A DNA stretch of 64,000 nucleotides, taken from NCBI GenBank assembly GCA_030704615.1, contig CM060731.1, positions 91,574,001 through 91,638,000 of the forward strand, given 5' to 3'. Positions 1 through 11,419 of this stretch are shown in pieces (within the stretch, counting starts at the first letter, position 1; each line of letters begins with the position of its first letter). The notes beneath the pieces were generated by a model, which did no database searches, was not told the DNA's origin, and saw only the letters and a program-made list of their open reading frames with translations. The position numbers were made by a program, and so were the translations under genes. This stretch comes from Takakia lepidozioides. Lineage: Eukaryota > Plantae > Bryophyta.

Positions 1-1200
1 GAATCCACATGATCTCTCTTTCCCCTCCATTGGAACATTGGGGTCCTCACCATACACGCGCAGCACCGCTGCCCAGTTGGCCTGAGCGTTGTCTGCCATG
101 AATCCCGTGAAATTGGGCTTTGGCAAACCCGCCCTTGCCATATGCTCGTTTATGCCCTCCCACAGATGTATCTCCGACTGTGTGTCCTCCCCTTTCATCT
201 CGCAGATTGCAATCGTCATGAGCCTCTTGGAGTGGAGTGACCAAGTCGACTCCGCTCCCAGGCCCACACGTTGACATTTTGAAAATGTAACAACGATCAG
301 ATTCGCTGCCTTGCCCTAGAAACCTGCTACCTTGGATGTAGTCATATCCAATCTTTCTTTTCACCTCCAGAATTGAGTGCATGTCCGACCCCCGGCCGAA
401 CTCCTGCTTGCAAGATATGATGTGATTCCGCACATTCGGACTACAAAGGTGCGAGACGGACTCCAACATGTCAAGCATCTCCTCTTCATTCAAGGGCACT
501 TGGTCCTTTCCATCTTCAGACATAATTTTGCCAAGAGCAATCTTGTGGGCTGCCTTGAGCTGAATCTGCTTTGATCTGGCTCCGGGGCTCAATTTCACCT
601 CTTCTTTTATGATGTCGTGTGCTTCCTGCACAGCCTCCCGGATGTTGTCTCTCGCCAAGGGGTGGCAGTGGACCCCAACGTGTATGCAAGCTCGTGTTAA
701 GTCCGGGAGCAAATGGATTACATAATATTGATTGGCTCTGCACATGGACATGCATGTCGGTGGTTCTTTGCAATGTGCGCACTTGAAAGTACCCGCTGGA
801 GCCTAGCTAGAGACAATGAATGGATGATGGGTTGTGCTAGTCCAATCCGCTCGTCCCATTGCCGAACGCCCCAAAAATCTCGCACGTGCGAGCCCTAATG
901 CGGCACCGCATTTCCCAGTTGAATCGCAAACCTTTCCCGCCGAATGCAGGAAGAAGAAAGAATTTTGAAGCACTGCAGACTCTATTGTTGCATGGGGATC
1001 ATACAATCGCGGCAAAAGGGTCAGGTTCATTCCAATGTTAGGGCATATAAAACCGCGGAATACTCTATACAGGCCAGTATGCGGCGTCCTTTTGCTGTGG
1101 TATACTGGATTCCTCGTTGCACGGTCAGTCATTTCCATGAGCAGATCTAAAAAACCATGAGCGGAATTGTTACTGACGACATATCTTCGCCGCATTACAG
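1..1200 (-). mobile_element. Degenerate Mutator-like (MULE) transposase gene, running off the left edge
   Basis: Cys/His-rich N-terminal part (CIHVGVHCHP, WRKY/GCM1-like) in ORFs 803-1234 and 47-751. After a frameshift near 235, another minus frame reads MTIAICEMKGEDTQSE...GFMADNAQANWAAVLRVYG, resembling a MULE catalytic core. Confidence 0.65.
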
Positions 1201-1514
1201 GATCTGGAACTTCCAAAAACAGCAATGTCAACAAAAAAAAAAAAACTATTATTTTAATACTTTTTTAATCTGCCGCATTTCCAAATTTGGAGGAGTCCGC
1301 TCATGAAAACCACGTGTCTTGGACTTCGGCTCACCGCTCATGCGGCTCATGGCTCATGGCTCATGGTTTCTGCTCATGAAATAGTTCCGAACAAGAGCTC
1401 CGAACAAGACGACACCTCCGGGCGAAGTGCAGAGCTCTCGAACCACGCGTACCCCAAAAAACACTAAGTCCCAACCTGCACACTACGACCTAGCAACCCT
1501 AAATTCGAGCCAAG

Positions 1515-1755
1515 TGCATTATCATTCGTTCATACAATAGTTGCGTTATCATTCGTTCATACGTTCATCCAGTGCACAAAAGTTATGTTTGAGACGTTCA
1601 TCCAATAGTTGTCAGCAAGGCGTTTGTTTATCATTCGTTCAGATAAATAGTTGTTTTGTTTCACTAACCTTTCATACGTTCATCCAATAGCTGCCAGCAA
1701 GGCGTTTGTTTATCATTCGTTCAGATAATTCAATTGTTTTGTTTCATTAACCTCA
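1515..1755. repeat. Short tandem repeat (two ~81-bp units plus partial copies)
   Basis: acgttcatccaatagytgycagcaaggcgtttgtttatcattcgttcagata occurs at ~1595 and ~1676; tatcattcgttca occurs 4 times. Confidence 0.8.
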
Positions 1756-2033
1756 ACCAGCACACAATTAGTTTACTATTAATGTGCTAGGTCAGTGAAA
1801 AAGTAGTTAAATGTTTTTACTTCTTATTATCCACATATATATTGTGATTACACGTGCCATTGTTTAACTGGTTGTCTCAGTCAGTTCATTTTAGGTAGTC
1901 AAAGTCTCTCACTACAGTCAAAATTTTCGCGGTTGTCTAACGCGTCGAATATTTTAAAATAAATTTTGACTGCAAAATGGTTGGAACAGTCAATGACAAC
2001 AGTCAACGTCAGCGTCAAACTAAATCGTCGAAA

Positions 2034-2975
2034 TCACATAGGGTATGTTGTAGTGATCCATATCTTGGATTTACACAAGAGGTCTGACAGCGGCCCCGCA
2101 ATCTTGGCGAAATTCCTCACATACTTCTGGTAGTAGGAGGCGAGTCCCAGAAAGGATCGCACTCCCGGGACCGAAGTCAGAGGTTCCCAGTCCAAGATTG
2201 CCCTCACCTTTCTGTTATCCATTTTTATCCCATCTTGTGTAATCACATGCCTTAAGAACTCCACTTTTGTGCCTCGAATTTGCACTTTGAAGCTTTGGCA
2301 TAGAGCTTCCCTTCCCGCAATTTCTGGAACACCCTTTTGAGGTGCTCCAGGTGGTCTTCCTTTGTTTTCGAGTACACTAAGATGTCGTCGATGTACACGA
2401 TCACAAAGTCATCTAACCACTCCTGGAAAAGGCTGTTCATCAATGTGCTAAAAGTGGCCAGCACGTTGGTGAGCCCAAAAGGCATCACCAAGAATTCGTA
2501 CGAACCATACCTTGTCATGCATGCTGTCTTTTCCTCATCTCCTCCCGCTACCCGAATATGGTGATAACCGGAGCGCAAATCGATCCGAGTGATATACTTT
2601 GTGCCTGCCAACCAATCGAAGAGGTCGTCAATTCTTGGCAAATGGTACCGGTTTTGGATAGTTACTTTGTTTATAGCCCTGTAATCGACACACATCCGCA
2701 ACGTCCCATCCTTAATTCTTGTCTGCAAATAGTACCGGGGCTCCATAAGATGACTTACTTGGCTGGATGTATCCCTTTGCCATGAGGTCCTTGAGCTGCT
2801 CTTTCAGCTCCACCATCTCTTTATGGCTCAATCGGTACGGCGCCTTGGCAGGTGGCTCTGTTCCCGACATCACCTCGATCTTATGGTCGACCCCTCTTCG
2901 CGGTGGCAAACCGTTCGGTAAATCCTCTGGCATCCCATCTTGGTATTTCTCCAAGATTTCCTTGATCCAATCTGC
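2034..2975 (-). mobile_element. Ty3/gypsy reverse transcriptase fragment (frameshifted)
   Basis: [74 protein letters not shown] and VRSFLGLASYY across three overlapping ORFs. Confidence 0.95.
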
Positions 2976-5084
2976 TGCAGCTCTTTCGGGAGGTAATCAG
3001 CCCTGCTGCACTGACCTGCACTGGCCTCCTTTCCTCTTCAAGAACTGGAGGTTTGCTCATTGAGATCTTGGACCTCAAATGGTTAATTGTTGCTTCAATA
3101 TCTCCCCTTGTGCCTATCACTGCAGCCTCCACTTGATTCTGGAGTAAATGCCAACCATATGGGTTAAATTACACACATTCAAGACAGCACAAGGTAGCAA
3201 GTTACCAGATTTCTACTTAAAAACAGACCTGCATGAGTCCCTCAAAATGCAGTATCTCCTCTAGCACCTTCAACTCTGGCGTTATGTCCTGTCCACAAAA
3301 GGATTATTTGTTAACTTCACTGCTCTCCATGCAATAGTCAGTGCCCACATAAAACCGTCACTGGATTCCTAGCACCTTCAGCCAGTTCTTTCAACAGCAG
3401 TTGTTGCTTAGGGTGGGACCATATTCAGTCATTAACTTTGTGACAATCTAGTTCCTATGACCATACTTCCAAACTCATCCATAAACAATATAACTCCTAT
3501 GCTTGCGAGATAGATCCTCTCTAATTTATTTTGACAGAACAAGGAAGGACTAGGCATTGTTCGTACCTCACAGAGATTGACAAAGTCAAACATTGTAGCG
3601 AAAAATTTACAGCTACACTGCAACATTAACTATCATATCTCAATGAACAACTTTATGTGTCTGGAGCTGAGGAGCATGGAGGTGGAGTGAGAGGAGTTAC
3701 TGGGTGGCTGTCTTGGGCTGGGGTTGGTGATGGAAAAAGTGGACTTGGTAGTGTGTTTAGTACCTCGGTACCCAAGTGAGTTGTGCCTCCAGGTCCCATC
3801 CCAACAACTCCCCCGTTGTTACCAAACAAGTTGTTCTGGCTCATTGACGGGGCTCCAGCCCCCATGTCACTGCCCATGCAAGCCACATTTGACGCCATCA
3901 TCTGCAACCACAAACAATCAGATTCTCATATTTGTACCAACCCACCCACCTTGCGACAAACTTTGACAACTTAGCTAGCTGACCATGGCAGACATCCAAA
4001 GCTTGCTTGAATAAGACAGACAAATCTCCAGTTAGCAGAAATGGACCCTATGCCTCAATTAATACAAGGAAGAACTATCTAGCTACCTCCATCATAGACA
4101 ACAACATCAATCCAGGACAACGACAACTTTGCATTTCATTGTTGGACAAACAAATAACTATCTAAAGAGTAGTCTAGAACCAATTTGTAAGTCATGCCTC
4201 GGAACCTGTGTTCGCACGCATGAAACTGTGGATTCATCATCCCCGAAAAACCCAAGATGTCATTCCATCACAGAAGGTCTCGTACTGTTGTTGCTGGAGA
4301 GGCAGCTGGCCTGGAGGTAAACCATGTTGTGGATATGACATCCCCATTGGACTGGTCTGTTGTATCAGAGAGTATCAAACTGGAGAAATAAAGATGATTT
4401 GGCTGCTTGTGAAGCAGTTGTGAAGCAGGTGAATCAATACCACACAAAATAGGGCCAGACAATTTTTTCAGAATGAAGAGCAAGAGGGATAGCAACAAAC
4501 CTTAGTGGAGGTGTCAATCCCAGTAGTCTCAGCAGGAGGGATTGTAATCACCAGCTTAGAATCTGTCCTTTTCAATGCCTGCCAAGAGGAGTCAAGATCT
4601 TACATCAGCATCCAAGCAATAGAGAACCTGAACAACAACCCTAATATCTTTCTAAAGGTGCAGGACCAAGCCAAGGTATGGGGGAAACACATACCGAGCC
4701 AAGTTTTTTTCCCTCGGAGTGCTTAAACTCCTTGAATTTTCCGTAGAGATCGTCGATCTTCCATCGCCTCAGAATTGTCGTGCCCTGATGCTCAAAAAGC
4801 AAGGCAGCAAGAGTTGGTTCCCGCTCCCGGATGAAACTCTTCACCTGTTGTTGCGATGAATCATTGTGACGCATATTCGTTGAGAAGAAAGACTTCACTA
4901 GAGGATCCTCCCTGTCTCTAAACCATTCCCTAAATAGCTGAACACATGTCAGGATCCGATCACATGTCGAGATAATCAGGGACACCGCTCAAGTGTTTTC
5001 CCTCCATGAGCACATATTTTGTGTACCTGCGAACTCGCAAACCCAATGCAATTCCCAACATGTCAATTCACAAAACATGACAAT

Positions 5085-5632
5085 GTGATGATCGGCGGCG
5101 ATCATCACATTCCCTACAGAGAGTTACAACTGATGGGAATTCTACTACCTCACAAGTACCACCCTGAAGAAGGTCTAAATGTGATGAGCGCCGCCGATCA
5201 TCACATTTTCTTGAAGATTTCAGTTTCAATCGGGGAAATGTAGGACTGAAACATGAAAGCAAAACGATGCAATTCACATTACTGGGCGAAATGAAGATTT
5301 CTCTGCAAAAGCACACAACAGTTTGAGTAATGATCGGTGCCGATCATCACTTCCTTCCAGCCCTAAGATCATGTTTTGATGGACAACTAACTTTGCAAGG
5401 GGGGAAAGATGCAGGACTCAAACACGAAAGCAAAACAATGTGAACCACATTTCTAGCCGAATGAAAAATATGCTGCAAAATCTTGAAGCACTGTAAGTGA
5501 TGATCGGCACCGATCAACACTTCTGCTCTGTTTTTTTTTTTTTTTTTTTTTTTTTTGGGAAAAATCTGGGAAAAATTTGCTCTGGTTTGGCATTTTGGTA
5601 GAGGTCGTAATGATCGTCGACGATCATCACTT
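5085..5632. repeat. Array of five ~24-bp palindromes (GTGATGATCGGCGCCGATCATCAC-like)
   Basis: Copies at ~5085, 5180, 5327, 5497 and 5607. Two spacers (~5230-5300 and ~5400-5470) are homologous to each other. Confidence 0.8.
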
Positions 5633-6205
5633 CTGCTCTATTTTGGCATTTGGCGTGTGCTCTGCGTGGCAAGTTCTTAGAACTCATGCATCATGGCACC
5701 TTTGGACGTCAAGATGGGCTCCTGGCTTTGAGGGGAAACTATCTTTTGCTAAACTTGTAAGCTCGATCCACTCAGACCTTTTGTCTCTGCGTTCCGCATG
5801 GTTGGGGGAAGGTGTTTGCAGATGTGCCCTCTGGTTGGATGCTATTTTCCTATTATTTGGTCTTCCATCTCGGTCTACCGTATATTTCTGCTGTGTCGCT
5901 ATGTACTGCAGGCTTCTTTTTGATACCGTGATCCCTCTTCTCTTCGTTATTTGGGGAGGAAGCAGGGTCTTCCTGGGTTAGCCTCTATAGAGCCTTATGA
6001 GGTTATTTTGTCTTCATTGTAATTGTTATTGTAAAACTTACAATTGTAATTGTAGAATATTGTGGAATGGATGCCACAGTTTTAGGCTTATTTCCCATTT
6101 CGGGTATTTTGATGGTATTCTTGATGGTATTTTGGTTTCATGTTGCCTAAGTTCATCCCACGGTCATAGGACCCTCGGGTATAGGCGCCCTATGTTTCTG
6201 TTGAC

Positions 6206-7330
6206 GTGGCGGATGCTGACGTGGCACCACGTGGCACCACGTCAGCATTCGACACCATGGCAACCTGTTGGCATCACGCTCACGCCACGTCACCAGTGTG
6301 TGAGCGTATGCTCACGCGCAAGGCTCACGCGGTTGCATCGTTGGGAGGGGAGGTGCCACCGGTGGAGGTCAATACCAATGGGGACCCCATTGGCGAGTTT
6401 TGGGAAGCCATGAAGAGGGTTGCCTTTGATAAGGCAGCCTCTTGGTTCCCTTGGCAACAATCATGGGTCGATCGTAGGGGTTTTATGACCCAAATAGCGA
6501 GAGAGTTTGGGGGCACTTGGAGTGAGACGAGGTTGTTGGAGATGGTGGGCAAGAACCTCAAGGACAAGAGGTACCGTGCAAGAGAGGCGATCCGGAAAGC
6601 AATGAAGCATGGGGTTACTCCCCAATGCCCACATGGGATAACACCGGTATGTGCTAATTGATTTCACTATATGCATATTGTTTGAGGGCAATGGTGCTAA
6701 GGATGTTTGGGAAATCTAACCAAAAAATGGTTTGGTTGGCATGCGTAGGAGTCTTGGGAAGCCCTCATTGCGGGGGAGGAAGATGCCGCAAAGAAGAAGG
6801 GGTTTGCTAGAGGCCGTGAGTCTGCAACAGCACGACTAGAGAAATCTGACTCCACGCATAGATATGGCCCCGGGGGAGCCAAGTCTTTCGTCACTCGTTT
6901 TGTAAGTCATATGTACTCATCTAAGATTTCAAAGTTAATCTTTCTCTAGCGTCTCTCTCTCTCTCTCTCTTTTTCTCTTTCTCTCACTCTCTTTGAGATA
7001 CTCACTCATGGCAATTTGTATGTCATGTATAGGTAAAACGCTTTGGGAGGAAGCCCTTGAAGTTAGAATTGGGTTACACCAAGGACATGGTTGGGGTAGG
7101 CTGCTGGTTGCCATGACAACAGATGAGTTGTCAACCAAGGAGGATACGATGGACGATGGGGAGTCACAGGTTGACACTACAGTAGTTGATCAGCAGGCCC
7201 GCACCTCGGGCTCCTCATCGGAGGAGTCGGACGGTGAATCCGTTTCCGACTCCGGGGATAAGCAAGCTCATGCGGCGCGGTGGCTTGATACTAGTAGTAG
7301 TAAGTCAGAGACCGATGAGAGTGAGTGATG
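6206..7330 (+). mobile_element. CACTA (En/Spm) TnpA-like gene with introns
   Basis: EVNTNGDPIGE...KNLKDKRYRAR...PQCPHGITP, intron, then SWEALIA...STHRYGPGGAKSF, then an acidic tail. Resembles plant Ptta/En/Spm proteins and lies just inside a CACTA terminus. Confidence 0.65.
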
Positions 7331-7584
7331 AGAGGTTTTCCTTAGCATCCCTCACACATGTACAAAACCTCATGCTTTTTTTATAAAGCTTTTGTATGTT
7401 CGTTGTCCATTTCCAATACCAACAACCCTTGGGTGCATTTGCGTGCCTGTCCTTTGAACTAGATTTGTGAGTGTAGATTAGCATAAAACACCTAGGAAAT
7501 TCCCTCTATGCATGGACCCAAAATAGTATCCAAAAAACGAATCAAATAAGCAAAACACAAAACAGTGCCCCCTAGCAGTCACAT

Positions 7585-8105
7585 ATCCGAACCTCTGCGA
7601 TCGCAAAGGGTCATCCCCCTGTGGCGGTTTGGGATCTCTGCGACGCCGTGGGGGTCGCAGGAAACAGAACATACCTGTCCTCTGCGACCCCAGAGGGTCA
7701 CACAGGCTCGGCACACCTGCGATGGTGTGGGTACCCTGCGACTGCCGAGGCGTCACAGATGACAAAGAGGGACACCCCAGTGCGACCCCTTGGCCGTTGC
7801 AGGTTGCACACAGGGTCCACGCAACGACCCCATCTGCGACGGCTCAGGGGTCGTTGTGCGCGTCGGCCAGGGGTTGCATGGGATTGAAGGTGGAGGCCTT
7901 GCTAGTGCAGGAACAGCAGTTGCAAAATCCATCTGTAGGGAGTCGTAGAAGGGAACCACACCAAGCCATGCTCCTAAGAGTCTCCGATCCCCTGCCGTCG
8001 CAGATCTGCGACGTTTTGAGTGTGACGGCCCTGGACCCCATCTGCGACGGCTGGGCTGTCGCAAACCCCCCCCCCCCCCCCCCCCCCCCCCAATTTGTAG
8101 TAGTG
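7585..8105 (+). mobile_element. CACTA right terminus with subterminal repeats
   Basis: Ends in aatttgtagTAGTG (reverse complement CACTACTACAAATT) at 8105. Preceded by more than 10 TCTGCGAC/GTCGCAGA motifs in both orientations and a poly-C run. Confidence 0.9.
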
Positions 8106-8422
8106 CCTACAGAAGTATATATAGGGAGTAGTAACCCCGAGAACGGTGCAAGCCCATTGGAGATTAAAAGCTAGTGAGTAAGCGTGCAAGCTGGAAAGCG
8201 ACCAAGGTGTGGAGAGCTATTCCGGAGTGCCCTCTACCAAAGGGAATTTCCACTGAGCCCAACAGGTTGAGGGTTGAGTGGGAGTGTAAGGGAGGACCGT
8301 TATGTCCCGGTGAGCAGCCGAAGCTCCGAGTTGGCCCCGCGGCCAGTTTGGGAGTTAGGCGTGCGCATCAAAATGAGTAACTATGACTTGAAGGGGAGTT
8401 TACCGAAGTGAGGTGCATGACA
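8106..8422 (+). mobile_element. 3' part of a solo/3' LTR, same family as the LTR at 63608-63696
   Basis: 8335-8422 (…gagtaactatgacttgaaggggag.ttaccgaagtgaggtgc..gaca) matches 63608-63696. Ends in CA with no PBS after it. Confidence 0.85.
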
Positions 8423-9858
8423 CAAATGCATGGTAGAAAGATGTGGATAGTATGTTCGGTTGTGGCAACAAGGTTTTATGCAGCAAAGAGGGCAAGGGAG
8501 GAAAAAACGAGAGAAAGCTGAAGATGCACTGAATGCAGGGAGCACACGACTGAGCAGCGGAGGCGTTGCAAGGGAGGAGGAGACGAGAATTCCCACCGAA
8601 CTCATTAAACTCATGCCAAGGATAATGAAGAGCACCGCTCAAGCATCGAATGACGAGTGTGGGAGAGACTACCATGCAACTAAAAAAGAGTAGTGGAGAG
8701 ACAGCTCTTGCATGTCCCCAGTGACAGCCACTATTGGCGATGAAGAGTTAAAAGTGACGAAGAAGATACAATGAGAAGCCCTAGAGAGAGGGGAGTGGAA
8801 GGAAAAGGAGATGCAGTAGAGGCGCGGAGGATGAAGTGCAACCAGGGGTACAATGGAGGAGACTAGACAAAACGGCTAAGTCCCTGTCGCACTCACCGCA
8901 AAACGCGGAGCGCGACATCGGGCCACTACACTTCCTTGATATATTGTCACTTTGTCAATTAACTTTCACATCGTGAATCTTTTGGATCCATCCCTATCTA
9001 GTACTATGCCCATTCTCTCAGCATTCTCCCCTTTCTTTTTTCTTCTTAAAACATGCAAACTGGTATGTAAAAGTAAAGACATACACATACCGTCACCATA
9101 TCGACAAAGGTGATACCCGCATAACTCTGGAATATACGCGACCTCAGCCAAAAGGAATGTACAATGTACCTCACCATGAGATTAGAGTTGATCTAAAGTA
9201 AGACGGGTCTAAAAATAGTAGAAGTTGTCTTTTGGAACCTGCTTGTCTTGGCTTGTCTCTAATCTTCGCTCGCCGCGGGCTTCGTCTCTCTCGTTGCTAC
9301 GCTTCTGCGCAGGCTGCTTTGGAGGCCTCTGCGGATCACTTTCTTGTCTTTGACGAGATTCAAGGGCAAGTTTGTATCGTAGCGTTGGAGTAGGACGGAG
9401 CCGTCATCTCACTCTGATTTGTGCATCTGGTCCCCCTAGACTTCGCTGTTGCTTTTCGCCTGTGGTTTCTCAATGGTGCAGGCTAGGAAGTTTGTACAGT
9501 GAGGCGACCAGAAAGTGTCCGGATAACAATATTTTATTCATCAGTTCTGTTTGGAATAAACTTCAGAAATCCACGAAGTCTGAGCGCGTCTGGAGCTCCG
9601 TGCCAGATGAAATCTCCCTACTTGTGAAAGCGTCCGTCAGGCCGTATGTATCCCAGAGCAATCAGACCACGTCTCCGCAGGAAGGTTATTATATTGCAAG
9701 CATTGATTCCCCTGGGAGACGAAACCGTTTTCCAAGTCATCCGTTGTGGTCCAGGGAGAGAACAGCACTGCAACCCATCCTTGCTTCTCTCACAGGGAAG
9801 GAGATTTATTTTTACCTGACAATCAATCCCAGGCAAAGAGTAGTGAGCAAGAGACGAG

Positions 9859-10436
9859 ATGGTGCTGTGGGTGTTTGGCTATGGGTCTCTAGTATGGAAG
9901 GCAGGCTTCATGTACGAGGAGCGGATAGTGGGCTACATCAAAGGATATCGAAGAGTATTTTACCAAGCTAGCACAGATCACCGAGGGACACCAGAGCACC
10001 CTGGGCGGACAGTCACCCTGGAGCCACAAGAGGGGGCAATTACATGGGGCACTGCGTACTCTCAGGGCGTGGCGAGGAGAAGCTTGGGTTATCGTACCTG
10101 GAGCTGAGGGAGTTCGAGTACGATGTGCGAGCCAACATCGATTTCTACACGGTGGGCTCAACCTGCAAGCCAGCGCTCTCCGGTGTCCTTGTGTACGTTG
10201 GATCTTCCAACACTCAAAAGAATCACTATTATCTGGGCCCCGCCCATCTGGAGGACATGGCCAGCCAGATTGCCAGGGCCGAAGGTGCAGCAGGGCCAAA
10301 TTATGAATACCTATTCCAGCTGGAAGCAGCGCTTTCCGAAATTGGTTGTGTGGATCAAGAAATCACCGAGCTCGCCACCCAGGTTCGCAAGCATTTGGGA
10401 GGCATGAGAGAGGCACCTCTTTGGGCTCTGCACTAG
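9859..10436 (+). pseudogene. GGCT2;3: ChaC-family gamma-glutamylcyclotransferase (GGCT2;3-like), intronless, frameshifted at ~10060
   Basis: [14 protein letters not shown]...[26 protein letters not shown] in one frame; [10 protein letters not shown]...YLGPA.LEDMA.QIA.AEG..GPNYEYLFQL in another. The break at gcgtactctcaggg leaves no room for an intron. Confidence 0.88.
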
Positions 10437-11419
10437 TTGGGAAGTGGAAGAACAATAATCAAAAGATGAGACAACAGAAATCTCATTGCCTGACCAAGCC
10501 TGCTCCACCCAATCCAAGAGAGAGGTCTGTGGGCACAAGGCTGCCGAAAGCAGACTGTAGCAAATGCTGCTCTCATTCATCAATAAATTTGAACAATGGT
10601 TGTACAAAAACGGGCAAGGCAGGTTTCACAATGTCCAGTCCAGACCCATGCTCATGGCTCTTGATTAAATAGTCTCTGTTGAAATCAAGTTATCATGGGT
10701 CCTCTACTACATACAACTGTAATGTGGCAAGAGCTGCAAAATCATTAACAAGACTACCTTCACAAGCTCAGGCATCACACCTCGTCAATTGATTCCAAAG
10801 CTATTTGCCCAACCCGCCACACCCACCCAACCGTGCTGAAGACCCGCATACCGGACACTAAGCAGTGTTTCGATCACAACATCTTCAGCAATCCATGACC
10901 CTATCACCGACTGATGGATGATCTGGAAACCTATATTCACACTGTGAACCGCTGCAGGGAAAATGGTTGGCACAAAACATGGGCCATTGAGCTAGAAATA
11001 CCCTTAAGAACAAACCCACTCAAAAGTTGAACAGACAGCTTTCCATGTACAACCCCTGCTGCAATATTTACTTAAGAGAAAAAAATAAAAAATGAGACAG
11101 TCTTGTCTTCTTGAACTGTAACTAGATTGGACAAACTTTTTGAAAGACTTGGAGCGAGGCCTCCATTTTGCAGGCCCTCTTTGTCTTGATTAATAAATTA
11201 CCATGGGGCCAAAAAAGAACACCCCATCCTGCCCATCCTCAGGTCCTCCCACCAAGGGGACGACACCTTGAAGGGTGCCAAGGTCCACAGAGAAACGTCA
11301 ATGAGCAGATTTTTCCAACCTTCTGAACCTGCCAATAGAGGGGGCTCTCCAACATCACACAAGGTCACGGCTGGCATTCCAGGAACTGCACAAGCACACA
11401 AGAATAAGAGGTCCCCTGC

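Noticed and set aside
3140-4990. Short ORFs between the gypsy RT and the palindrome array
   Set aside because: No motifs recognised; probably decayed TE sequence.
5085-5632. CRISPR-like array
   Set aside because: Spacers are long, uneven and partly homologous to each other; no cas genes; eukaryotic TE context.
7478-8189. Cluster of overlapping ORFs
   Set aside because: By-product of GC-rich CACTA subterminal repeats and the poly-C run.
9372-9971. 199-aa ORF overlapping the GGCT start
   Set aside because: No recognisable domain; different frame from the conserved GGCT protein.
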